Numbered from the stretch's first letter, positions 1 through 8,885 are shown. The stretch is DNA of 11,324 bases from Octopus sinensis (GCF_006345805.1 NW_021826933.1:1-11324); one strand, 5' to 3'. A program made the numbers and translations. Notes: a model not told the origin generated them from the letters alone.

Positions 1-104
1 CAAATCGATCCGAAGACTTATTTTTTTAAGCCTAGCACTTACTCTAAGTTACGAGGACATAAACACACCAGCATCGGTTGTCAAGCGATGTTAGGGGGAC
101 AAAT

Positions 105-162
<58 letters not shown>

Positions 163-229
163 GACGGGCTGAACCCGGAACCATGTGGTTGGTAAGCAAG
201 CTACTTACCACACAGCCACTCCAGCGCCT
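1..229 (-). mobile_element. tRNA-derived SINE, family 1; internally deleted, 3' end runs off the window
   Basis: The reverse complement starts AGGCGCTGGAGTGGCTGTGTGGTAAG...CATGGTTCCGGGTTCAG (A-box-like region, start of the B box). It matches the copies at 1035-1451 and 8160-8572 and has the same internal (CA)n(TA)n tract. Confidence 0.9.
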
Positions 230-257
230 GTACATGAACGTATATCCACAAACATAT

Positions 258-412
258 ACAACCGATGCTGGTGTGTTTACGTCCCCGTAACTTAGCGGTT
301 CGGCATAAAAGCCCGATAGAATAAGTACTAGGCTTACAGGGGGTCGATTTGCTCGACTAAAGGCGATGCTCCAGCATGGCCGCAATCAAATGACTGAAAC
401 AAGTAAAAGAGA
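258..412 (+). mobile_element. SINE family 1, 3' half only
   Basis: ACAACCGATGCTGGTGTGTTTACGTCCCCGTAACTTAGCGGTTCGGC...CAGCATGGCC...TGAAACAAGTAAAAGAG is near-identical to about 8407-8572. Confidence 0.9.
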
Positions 413-1034
413 GTATGTATATGTATGTATATGTATACAACTTTACACACACACATGCAAATGTACATTCTCTTAGCTCCTTAGTTAACACCCTTAAATT
501 CAACATCACCACGATCGTCATCATCACCATCACCACCATCAGCAGCATCGCCATCAGAGAACAAGTCTACGAAACGATGAAACCATTTTACATCGAAACA
601 AACACTCATCTACGACCTACTAAATATACGGAATAAAAGCTATCAAAGAGGTGGCGGGGGAGCTGCAGCGATGGCTGGTGACAGAGTGGGGTGTGTGCCT
701 GTCACATAAACACCTTTCCCTTTTTAAACACAACCAGCCCTCTTCTAAGACACCTACCTACACCTTCCACCCCTAATTTCCCTCCATTACACAGAAGGTG
801 GTGCCGCTAATGACTAGCATGTGTAAACCTGGCGGTGCGTCTAACTGTTGCACAAAAATCGATGCAGATGTCAAAGCTGCAATGTTACTGCAGCACTTCA
901 CTTTTTTTAGTGTCCCAGTTGATGCAAACGGGAATGATTTTTTTCATACGGGGTTATTGCTGTAAGTGGGGCAGGGGTTAATAAACCATGAGGATGATGA
1001 TGATGATAATGATGATGAAAATTCTAAAAGTATT

Positions 1035-1450
1035 CTCTTTTACTCTTTACTCTTTTACTTGTTTCAGTCATTTTGACTGTGGCCATGCTGGAGCACCACC
1101 TTTAGTCGAGCAAATCGACCCCGGGACTTATTCTTTGTAAGCCCAGTACTTATTCTATCGCTCTCTTTTGCCGAACCGCTAAGTGACGGGGACGTAAAAA
1201 CAACACCAGCATCGGTTGTCAAGCAATGCTAGGGGAACAAACACAGACCCACAACACATACACACACATACATATATATATATATTATATACATATATAC
1301 GACAGGCTTCTTTCAGTTTCCGACTACGAAATCCACTCACAAGGCATTGGTCGGCCCGGGGCTATAGTAGAAGACACTTGTCCATGATGCCATGCAGTGG
1401 GACTGAACCCGGAACCATGTGGTTGGTTAGCAAGCTACTTACCACACAGC

Positions 1451-1451
<1 letters not shown>
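1035..1451 (-). mobile_element. SINE family 1, near full length
   Basis: The minus strand reads tRNA-like head (B-box-like GGTTCAGTCCC), central domain, internal TA/TG microsatellite, 3' domain and a short (A)AAAGAGT repeat tail. It is colinear with 8160-8572. Confidence 0.92.

Positions 1452-1508
<57 letters not shown>
1452..1508. repeat. Perfect (ATT)19 microsatellite
   Basis: Read directly. Confidence 0.97.
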
Positions 1509-1510
<2 letters not shown>

Positions 1511-1527
1511 GATGGTGATAGTGTAGC

Positions 1528-1660
1528 TCTTTACGTCTTGATTTTATAACCCAATGGAGTCGATGAAAGGATGTACCAGTGTTATACTGGGGTGGGGTCA
1601 TGATATCGATTAACCGTTTCACTTCCGGTTCGGAACTACAGGCTTTGTGTCTCTGTTATC
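1528..1660 (+). mobile_element. Degenerate, internally deleted SINE family 2 copy
   Basis: GAGTCGATGAAAGGATGTACCAGTGTTATACTGGGGT aligns to GGGTCGATGAATTAAGTAACAGCTGAAATACTGGGGT in the reverse complement of 11161-11324. CAGGCTTTGTGTCT resembles the family's 3' end. Confidence 0.7.
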
Positions 1661-1708
1661 ATATACATCATCATCATCATCTCAAACATCATAAATACAA
1701 CCACCACC

Positions 1709-1742
<34 letters not shown>

Positions 1743-1785
1743 TCATTATCCTCCTCCTCCTCCTCATCATCATCAGTATTATTAT
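1661..1785. repeat. Compound (CAT)n/(CAC)n/(CCT)n microsatellite
   Basis: Read directly. Confidence 0.9.
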
Positions 1786-2014
1786 GGTAATTAGTGAACG
1801 ACCAGTGGACAGTAAGAGCACTCGTAACAGTGGTGGTGGTGGTGCTGCGGCCGGCGGGAGCGACAGCCGCAGTGGAAGGGGCATGACAAGGCGGAAGATG
1901 AGGAAACGAGGAGGAGGCGGATTTAAAACAAGTTCAATTGTGATATTTAGTGACGCTCACTTACGTTCCGTGTTCAAATCTTGATGGGGGATAATTTTCG
2001 TTATATTTTTATGA

Positions 2015-2015
<1 letters not shown>

Positions 2016-2062
<47 letters not shown>

Positions 2063-2114
2063 CGTTATTATTACTATAATTATTATTAGCATCATTATTA
2101 TTATTATTATTATT
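2016..2114. repeat. Imperfect (ATT)n microsatellite
   Basis: Read directly. Confidence 0.95.
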
Positions 2115-2375
2115 GCTCTTTTATCCTTCCGGTATCGATAAAAATAGTGAAATGAAAACCAATCAAGTTGTAGGCGGGCGGAGTGGAAATCTGTTGTGTG
2201 GGGGGTGGAGGGCATGGGAAGTTATAACACTGGCGTTGGTGTTGGTGGTGGGATCGATTCCAGTAACTTCCACGATCTCTCCCCCCTCCCCGCTTCTTTC
2301 CTCTCTCTCTCTATCTCTTTCCTTCCCCCTCGTCACAAAAAAAGAAAAACAAAATTGATGGCCAATCTTAGATAT
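2115..2375 (+). mobile_element. Highly degenerate SINE family 2 remnant
   Basis: TTTTATCCTTCCGGTATCGATAAAAATAG resembles TTTTCACCCTTCGGGGTCGATGAATTAAG of the 11161-11324 copy. A C-rich patch, CAAAATTGATGGCC and a (TAT)n tail follow in the same order as in that copy. Confidence 0.55.
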
Positions 2376-2479
2376 AATTATTATTATTATATTTATTATT
2401 ATTACCATCATTACCATTCTCATTATTATTCATATTATTATTATTACTATTATTATTATTATTATTATTATTATCATCA

Positions 2480-2533
<54 letters not shown>
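2376..2533. repeat. Long imperfect (TAT)n tract, probably the tail of the preceding SINE
   Basis: Read directly. Confidence 0.93.
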
Positions 2534-2535
<2 letters not shown>

Positions 2536-2924
2536 ATTGTTGTTGTTGTACTTAGTATCACGGAAGCGGCGCGTTTTATAGCGAGAATAATGTCGGCCAT
2601 TTTCTTTTTTGTATAATTTATTTCATTTTATTTTATATTTTTTGTTCCCGCCCACCCACCTCCGCTATCCGACTCACTCCCGCCAGCCCAACCCTTACCC
2701 CCCTTCTTCTTCTACTTCTTCTTCTTCTTTGTTATTCAACTAAACGAAATGTGAGAACATTCCCATCACGGAACATATTAATAGTTGTTCATTTCTCAGT
2801 TTTTCTCGTCGGCAACGCTGATAACATCGCCATTAGCTCTGAAAACAAAAACAAAAAAAAACACAAAAACCGCCATAAACATTACTGTCAAGGAGAGCGA
2901 GGGAGAGAGAGAGAGGTGGAGATA

Positions 2925-3753
2925 GAAAGCGAGAGGAGACCTCACTGGGGGTTGTCCCGCCTTCTGTTAGATATAATAGTAAAATCGCCCTCAAATCACA
3001 CCGTATGTATTTATGTACTTATGCGTCAGTTAGAGACAGATCCGCTGCATCGTAGTAAGATCTGGTAGAAATAGCAGCTAAATATCCCTCAAATGATACC
3101 CTACTCTCTTATCTATGTATATATGTATGTATGAGCCAATGAGGGAGACCTCTACATGGTAGCTAGACCTGGTAGAAATAACAGCCAAATCTCCCTCAAA
3201 TCACACCCTACTCTCTTATCTATGTATATATGTATGTATGAGCCAATGAGGGAGACCTCTACATGGTAGCTAGACCTGGTGGAAATAGCAGCCAAATCTC
3301 CCTAAATCAAACCTTATGTATGAGCCAATGAGGGAGACCTCTACATGGTAGCTAGACCTGGTAGAAATAGCAGCCAAATCTCCCTCAAATCACACCCTAT
3401 GTATGAGCCAATGAGGGTGACCTCTACATGGTAGCTAGACCTCGTAGAAATAGCAACCAAATCTCCCTCAAATAACGACCTGTGTATGAGCCAATGAGAG
3501 AGACCTCTACATGGTAGCTAGACCTGGTAGAAAGAGCAGTCAAATCTCCCTCAAATCATGCCCTACTCTCTTAGTATACATGTATGTATGAGCCAATGAG
3601 GGAGACCTCTACATGGTAGCTAGACCTGGTAGAAATAGCAGCCAAATCTCTCTCAAATCACTCCCTACACTCTTATCTCTGTTTATATGTATGTTTGAGT
3701 CAATGAAGGAGACTTCTACATGCTAACTAGACCTGTTAGAAATAGCAGCCAAA
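2925..3753 (+). repeat. Minisatellite array 1 (82-107 bp unit)
   Basis: Unit GGTAGAAATAGCAGCCAAATCTCCCTCAAATCACACCCTA[CTCTCTTATCTATGTATATATGTA]TGTATGAGCCAATGAGGGAGACCTCTACATGGTAGCTAGACCT. Units start at 3064, 3171, 3278, 3360, 3443, 3526, 3628 and 3735 (partial), with degenerate units from ~2925. Confidence 0.95.
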
Positions 3754-3989
3754 GCTCGGGAAGAATGGAAAATTGTTTTACGTTTCAAGGCTACGTTCTA
3801 CAACAAAAAACACTAAGAAAATAAACAGAGAGAGAGAGAGAGATAATCAAAAACACTTGTAGAGTTCTGTGGTCCAAACATGATATATATATATATATAT
3901 CAACGGCATATACTTAATGAAAGCCACAAAGAGTATTTGCCGCTAGGCTGCGATATGGCGTGGTAGAGAAAACTTCTTGAAAGCGCCAT

Positions 3990-4232
3990 ATATACATATC
4001 TATGTGTGTGCGTGTGTGTGTTAGTGTTTGTCACTCCGCTTGACGACTGGTGTTGGTGTGTTTACGTCCCCGCAGACTAGCGGTTCGGTAAAAAAAAGAA
4101 CGGTAGAATGAGTACGAACCCTAACAAATGAATAATCACTGAGGTTTGATTCATTCGACTAAATATTCTTCAAGGTGGCGCCCACCCCTGAATGGCTGCA
4201 GTCTAATGATTGAAACCAAGAAAAGATAAGAG
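3990..4232 (+). mobile_element. SINE family 1, diverged 3' half
   Basis: A TA/TG tract is followed by GCTTGACGACTGGTGTTGGTGTGTTTACGTCCCC...AGCGGTTCGG...GATTGAAACCAAGAAAAG, matching the other family 1 copies. Confidence 0.85.
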
Positions 4233-4332
4233 ATTGTCACGGATGGAACGCGTGTATCTGCTCAGTGAGGTTTCAGCTTCTGGCTGAAAGGCAATAGCAG
4301 CTAGAATGACTTCAACTACGACACCCGAGCTG

Positions 4333-4351
4333 AAAGAAAGAAAGAAAGAAA

Positions 4352-4429
<78 letters not shown>

Positions 4430-4485
4430 AAAAAAGAAAGAAAGAAAGGAAGGAAGGAAGGAAGGAAGGAAGGAAGGAAGGAAGG
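4333..4485. repeat. (GAAA)n/(GAAG)n homopurine tract
   Basis: Read directly; about 150 bp of pure purine. Confidence 0.97.
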
Positions 4486-4974
4486 GGTTTTATTGAAGGT
4501 TTAATGGGAAAATTTCAAGAAAGATGAGGAGAATGAGATGAGGTGGGTGAAGAATGAAATTCAAGAATGAAGTTAAAGAAGAACGTGATGAGGAAAAAGT
4601 GTGAGAAGAAGAATACAATAAATTTGTCCAGTTGGCAGTGGCCTGGGGCTAAACAACCACAGCAACAACAATAACAACAATAACGACAATTACAGCAATA
4701 ATAACAACAGCAATGGAGGACATTATATATTCAGCGATGCTGGATATTATGGCGGGTTTTATTTGACGACAGAGAAAAATGGCCGCCACCGCTTTTATCA
4801 CCAACCGCGGCCATTGCCGCCACCGCAACAAGCATCAACAGCACGGCCCCCACCCCGCCCACCCACCTACAATGACTACAGCAATAACAAAATGAAGAAT
4901 ATCTTCGCCACGGCTGCCACCACCACCACCACCGTCATCACCGTCGTAACCGTCGACAATACTATCTCGTGTAC

Positions 4975-4977
<3 letters not shown>

Positions 4978-5020
<43 letters not shown>

Positions 5021-5115
5021 CGGACAAATATCACTACTACCACCACCTTCATCATCATCATCATCATTATCATCATCGTAAGCGTCTTCAACGCTACCTC
5101 CACCACCACATTCTT

Positions 5116-5178
<63 letters not shown>

Positions 5179-5625
5179 GCCCTGACCGACATCATCACAA
5201 CAAACGTCATCATCATCATCATCATCATCATCATCACCATCATCATCAACATCATCATCATCAACATCATCATCATCACCATCATCACCATCATCATCAC
5301 CAACACCACCACCATCATCATCATCAACATCACCATCATCATCATCATCATCATCATTTTCAACATCGTTTTCTTCATCAGTTTCCTTCTTCATCTCCTC
5401 CTCCTCCGTCTGCACCTCCTCGATCACAGACACACACACACACACACATACAACACACACATACACACACACACATACATCCGTACAGAAACCATCCGCT
5501 ATAAACAAAAGACACACATACACACACACACATACGCAATCAGAAACCCCGCAATCAACCTCAACGCACAAACAACCCGCCCACACCACCACACCACCAC
5601 CACCACCACCACCACCACCACTACA
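4978..5625. repeat. Compound microsatellite block (TAT, CAT, CTT, ATT, CAT/CAC, CA, CAC)
   Basis: Read directly; it accounts for the three long low-complexity ORFs here. Confidence 0.92.
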
Positions 5626-6049
5626 CCTCCACATATTACCTACACCTCCATCTCAACCCCCGGCGCCCCCACCCTCACCCCCATCCACACCCCTCCATAC
5701 ACAAACACACACCATCGTCTCTTTATACGTGCTTTATGAGATTTCCCATGATGCAATTTGATTACGACAATCTGTGTGGCTATTAACTTCTGGCCGCCAT
5801 TTTTGTTCCGCCTTTTTGCTGTTTAATAACTTGGGTCCCCTGTTTTTTTTTGGTGTTTTTGTTTTTGTTTCCTTTTTCTGTTTGTAAAGGGATCTCATTT
5901 GTGTGTTTTTATAAGGCTTTATTTATATATATTTTTTATTTATTTTGGCTAGATTTGGTTTCCTTTCCTTCTCCTCTCTCTCTCTCTCTCTCTTCCTCTC
6001 ATTTTTATTGGCCTGTTATTTTTTTTGCTGTGTTTTCCTTCTTGTTTAT

Positions 6050-6265
6050 GTTTTATATATACGTGCGTGCGACTGTGTGTGTGTGTGTCTTTGTATGTGT
6101 TTGTCTGTTGTGTTTCTTATATATGAGTGTATATATGTGTGTGTATGTAAGTACGAAGACAGACACACATATACATACACACAGATACATACATACAATA
6201 TATATATATATATATATACACATATAGATAGATAGAGATTACATACATACATGCATGCAATCACG

Positions 6266-6341
<76 letters not shown>

Positions 6342-6420
6342 TGCATATAATAATATGCATCTCTCTCTCTCTCTCCAACGTTATATGTGCGTGTGTATAT
6401 ATATATATATGTATACACGG
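6050..6420. repeat. Compound dinucleotide block (GT, CA, TA, AG, CT)
   Basis: Read directly. Confidence 0.9.
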
Positions 6421-6854
6421 TCTGTTTTTAGGGGCAAGTTTGAGTTTGTTTAGCAAAGTAGCCATATTTGTCACGATATTTATTTAATAATTTTTTTGTT
6501 TCGTTTTTTCTTTTCTTTTGTCTTTCCCTCGTGGAGGGAGTGTGGTAATTCTACACGTGTGGGGGCGGAATGGTGTACACATCCTTTTGTATGTGACTGT
6601 GTGTGAGTATATACATGTGTGCATATCAGCTGGTGAATACGGAGTTGATCCTGTGGTTTAGGTCCCTGCCTCTCCGTGTGTATGTGTGTATATGTGTAGC
6701 TGTTCCTTTGTACATATAAATATGTGTATATGTGTATTCGTGAATGTGTATTATCGTAGGCAACGTACGCCTGTCTATGTGACTTTTCCGTGTGTTTATG
6801 TGTGCATTTATTTATATGTATCTCTTATTGGTTTATGGCAGGGTGTAGTTGTTA

Positions 6855-6935
6855 TGGTAGGGTATAGTTTAGCCCCAGGTCAGCGCTAATCGACCGGATC
6901 TGTGATCAAAGGACACCCAGCTGTGACAATTCCCT
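6855..6935 (+). mobile_element. Possible fragment of another interspersed repeat
   Basis: AGCCCCAGGTCAGCGCTAATCGACCGGATCTGTGATCAAAGG resembles a repeat I recall from octopus sequence. There is no second copy in the window, so this is unverified. Confidence 0.3.
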
Positions 6936-6995
6936 GTTTCCCCTATATTTATAGGAAATATAAAACCACATTATCTACCGACACCCCCTTTTGTT

Positions 6996-7336
6996 CTGGT
7001 AGAAATATATGATTTGAGAATTCTACAACTGGATGTACGTCGTAGGTAGGCCTAATAGAAATAGCAGCCAAATCTCCCTACTCTCTACATATATCAATGG
7101 GTGTATGAGCCAATGAGTGAGACCTTTACATGATAGACAAGGTAGAAATAACAACCAAATCTCCCGCAAATCATACCCTACTATCTTATCCATATATATA
7201 TGTATATATGTGTGTATGTATGAGCCAATGAGAGAAACCACTACATATTATCTAGATCGTGTAGAGATAACAGTCAAATCTCACTCAAATCACATCCTCC
7301 TGTTCTATGCATGAGTGTATAAGCCAACAAGGGAGA
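6996..7336 (+). repeat. Minisatellite array 2 (diverged units, same family and orientation as array 1)
   Basis: Contains GGTAGAAATA, AGAAATAGCAGCCAAATCTCCC and two GAGCCAATGAG motifs. Confidence 0.9.
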
Positions 7337-7790
7337 CCTTGTTGGCTCACAAATATAGACACACGATACAGTAGAAAGTGATTTGAGGGAGATTTGGCTG
7401 CTATTTCTATCAGGTCTAGCTACCATGTAGAGGTCTCACTCATTGGCTCATACATACATATATACATAGATAAGAGAGTAGGGTGTGATTTGAGGGAGAT
7501 TTGGCTGCTATTTCTATCAGGCCAAGCTACCATGTAGAGGTCTCCCTCATTGGCTCATACATACATATATACATAGATAAGAGAGTAGGGTGTGATTTGA
7601 GGGAGATTTGGCTGCTATTTCTACCAGGTCGAGCTACTATGTATAGGTCTCCCTCATTGGCCCATACATACATATATACATAGATAAGAGAGTAGGGTGT
7701 GATTTGAGGGAGATTTGGCTGCTATTTGTTGCAGCTCTAGCTACCACGTAGGGGAGTCAAATATGAACATATATAGGGATAGAGTGATAA
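7337..7790 (-). repeat. Minisatellite array 3 (107 bp units, reverse orientation)
   Basis: GATTTGGCTG recurs at 7391, 7498, 7605 and 7712 (period 107); this is the reverse complement of the array 1 long unit. Confidence 0.95.
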
Positions 7791-7829
7791 GCAGAAAGGT
7801 TCTATCTTAATTTCTGATTAAGAACAGTA

Positions 7830-8150
7830 CAACTTTCACAGCAACAACAACTCTGGTGAGCTGCACACAGCAACAAGAACAACGACTACCGCGTCAAACA
7901 CAGCATTATTAGCGATAACAATAATAGCAATAACATCGACAATAACAAAAGTATTAACGACAAAATATAGCAATGGTGTCAAGAATAGCACCGACGACAG
8001 CAATAACGCAAAAAGTATACAAACATAACGACTACAACTGTTACATTAGCAACAATTAAAGAAATGAGGGCAACAAAACAACAACAACAATCATAATAAC
8101 ATTATTAATAGATGTAAGGATAACAACGACGAAAATGATATCAGTACGGT
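7830..8150. repeat. Degenerate (CAA)/(AAT)-rich low-complexity region
   Basis: Read directly. Confidence 0.75.
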
Positions 8151-8159
8151 TAACGCAAT

Positions 8160-8572
8160 AGGCGCTGGTGTATCTGTGGTAAGAAGTCCGTTTCCCAGTC
8201 ACATGGTTCCGGGTTCAATCCTACAACGTGTCACCTTGACCAAATGTCTTCTACTATAGCCACGGGCCTACCATAGCCTTATGAGTGGATTTGGTAGACG
8301 GAAACTGAAAGAAGCCCGTCGTATATATATATATACATGTGTGTGTGTGTGTGCGTGTGTGTTTGTGTATGTTTGTGTGTCTGTGTTTGACCCCCAACAT
8401 CGCTTGACAACCGATGCTGGTGTGTGTACGTCCCCGTAACTTAGCGGTTCGGCAAAAGATACCGATAGAATAAGTACTAGGCTTACAAAAAATAAGTCCT
8501 GGTGTCGATTTGCTCGACTAAAAAGGCGGTGCCCCAGCATGGCCACAGTCACATGAGTGAAACAAGTTAAAG
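8160..8572 (+). mobile_element. SINE family 1, full length
   Basis: Head AGGCGCTGGTGTATCTGTGGTAAG, Pol III B box GGTTCAATCC at 8212-8221, central ACCTTGACCAAATGTCTTCTACTATAGCC domain, internal TA/TG tract and 3' domain. Confidence 0.93.
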
Positions 8573-8679
8573 AGTTGAAGAGGTCGATTGGTGCGATTAA
8601 AAATCCTCTCAGGTAGTGCTCCAGCAGGGCCGGAGTGTCATAACTGAAAACAAATAGAAGCTATAAGGTAGACACATTA

Positions 8680-8885
8680 AGAGAGAGAACGAGAGATGAC
8701 ACAAGAGACTGCAGCGATAGATAGAGACAAATAATGCAGACATTGAAAGAAGCACATATGCAGATTTTGAAAGACTGTCCGAGGGAGAGAGAGAGAGAAA
8801 CGGAGAGAGAGTAATAGGCAGAAAGATGTTGAACAAGGAAGGAAAGAGATAGAGTAAGAGAGAGAGAGAGAGAGAGAGTGGGGAA
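8680..8885. repeat. Degenerate (AG)n-rich tract
   Basis: Read directly. Confidence 0.75.

Noticed and set aside
960-985. piggyBac-like end (TTAACCCC on the minus strand)
   Set aside because: No matching opposite terminus was found, and the motif is too short to be significant.
44-1518. ORFs at 44-385, 78-290 and 1216-1518 (similar peptides recur at 8268-8552)
   Set aside because: They lie within SINE copies; the peptide similarity reflects the repeat.
1600-1645. ETS-like CACTTCCGG and ACTACA motifs suggesting a promoter
   Set aside because: They fall inside the 3' part of a degenerate SINE family 2 copy.
1784-1984. 66 aa G/R-rich ORF
   Set aside because: It is short, driven by GGT/GGA repeats and has no recognisable family.
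2140-2190. DRE (TATCGATA), CCAAT and GC box cluster
   Set aside because: TATCGATA corresponds to the SINE's GGTCGATAAA domain, and the region aligns as a SINE remnant.
3064-3753. CRISPR-like repeat array
   Set aside because: Whole units are near-identical with no unique spacers, there are no cas genes, and the context is eukaryotic.
4876-5739. Long ORFs of 252 and 256 aa, including a D/E-rich acidic stretch
   Set aside because: They are translations of stop-free TAT/CAT/CTT/CA microsatellites, open on both strands, with no domain or credible splice context.
8160-8235. tRNA gene
   Set aside because: It has a B box but no convincing cloverleaf, and it continues into a SINE body.
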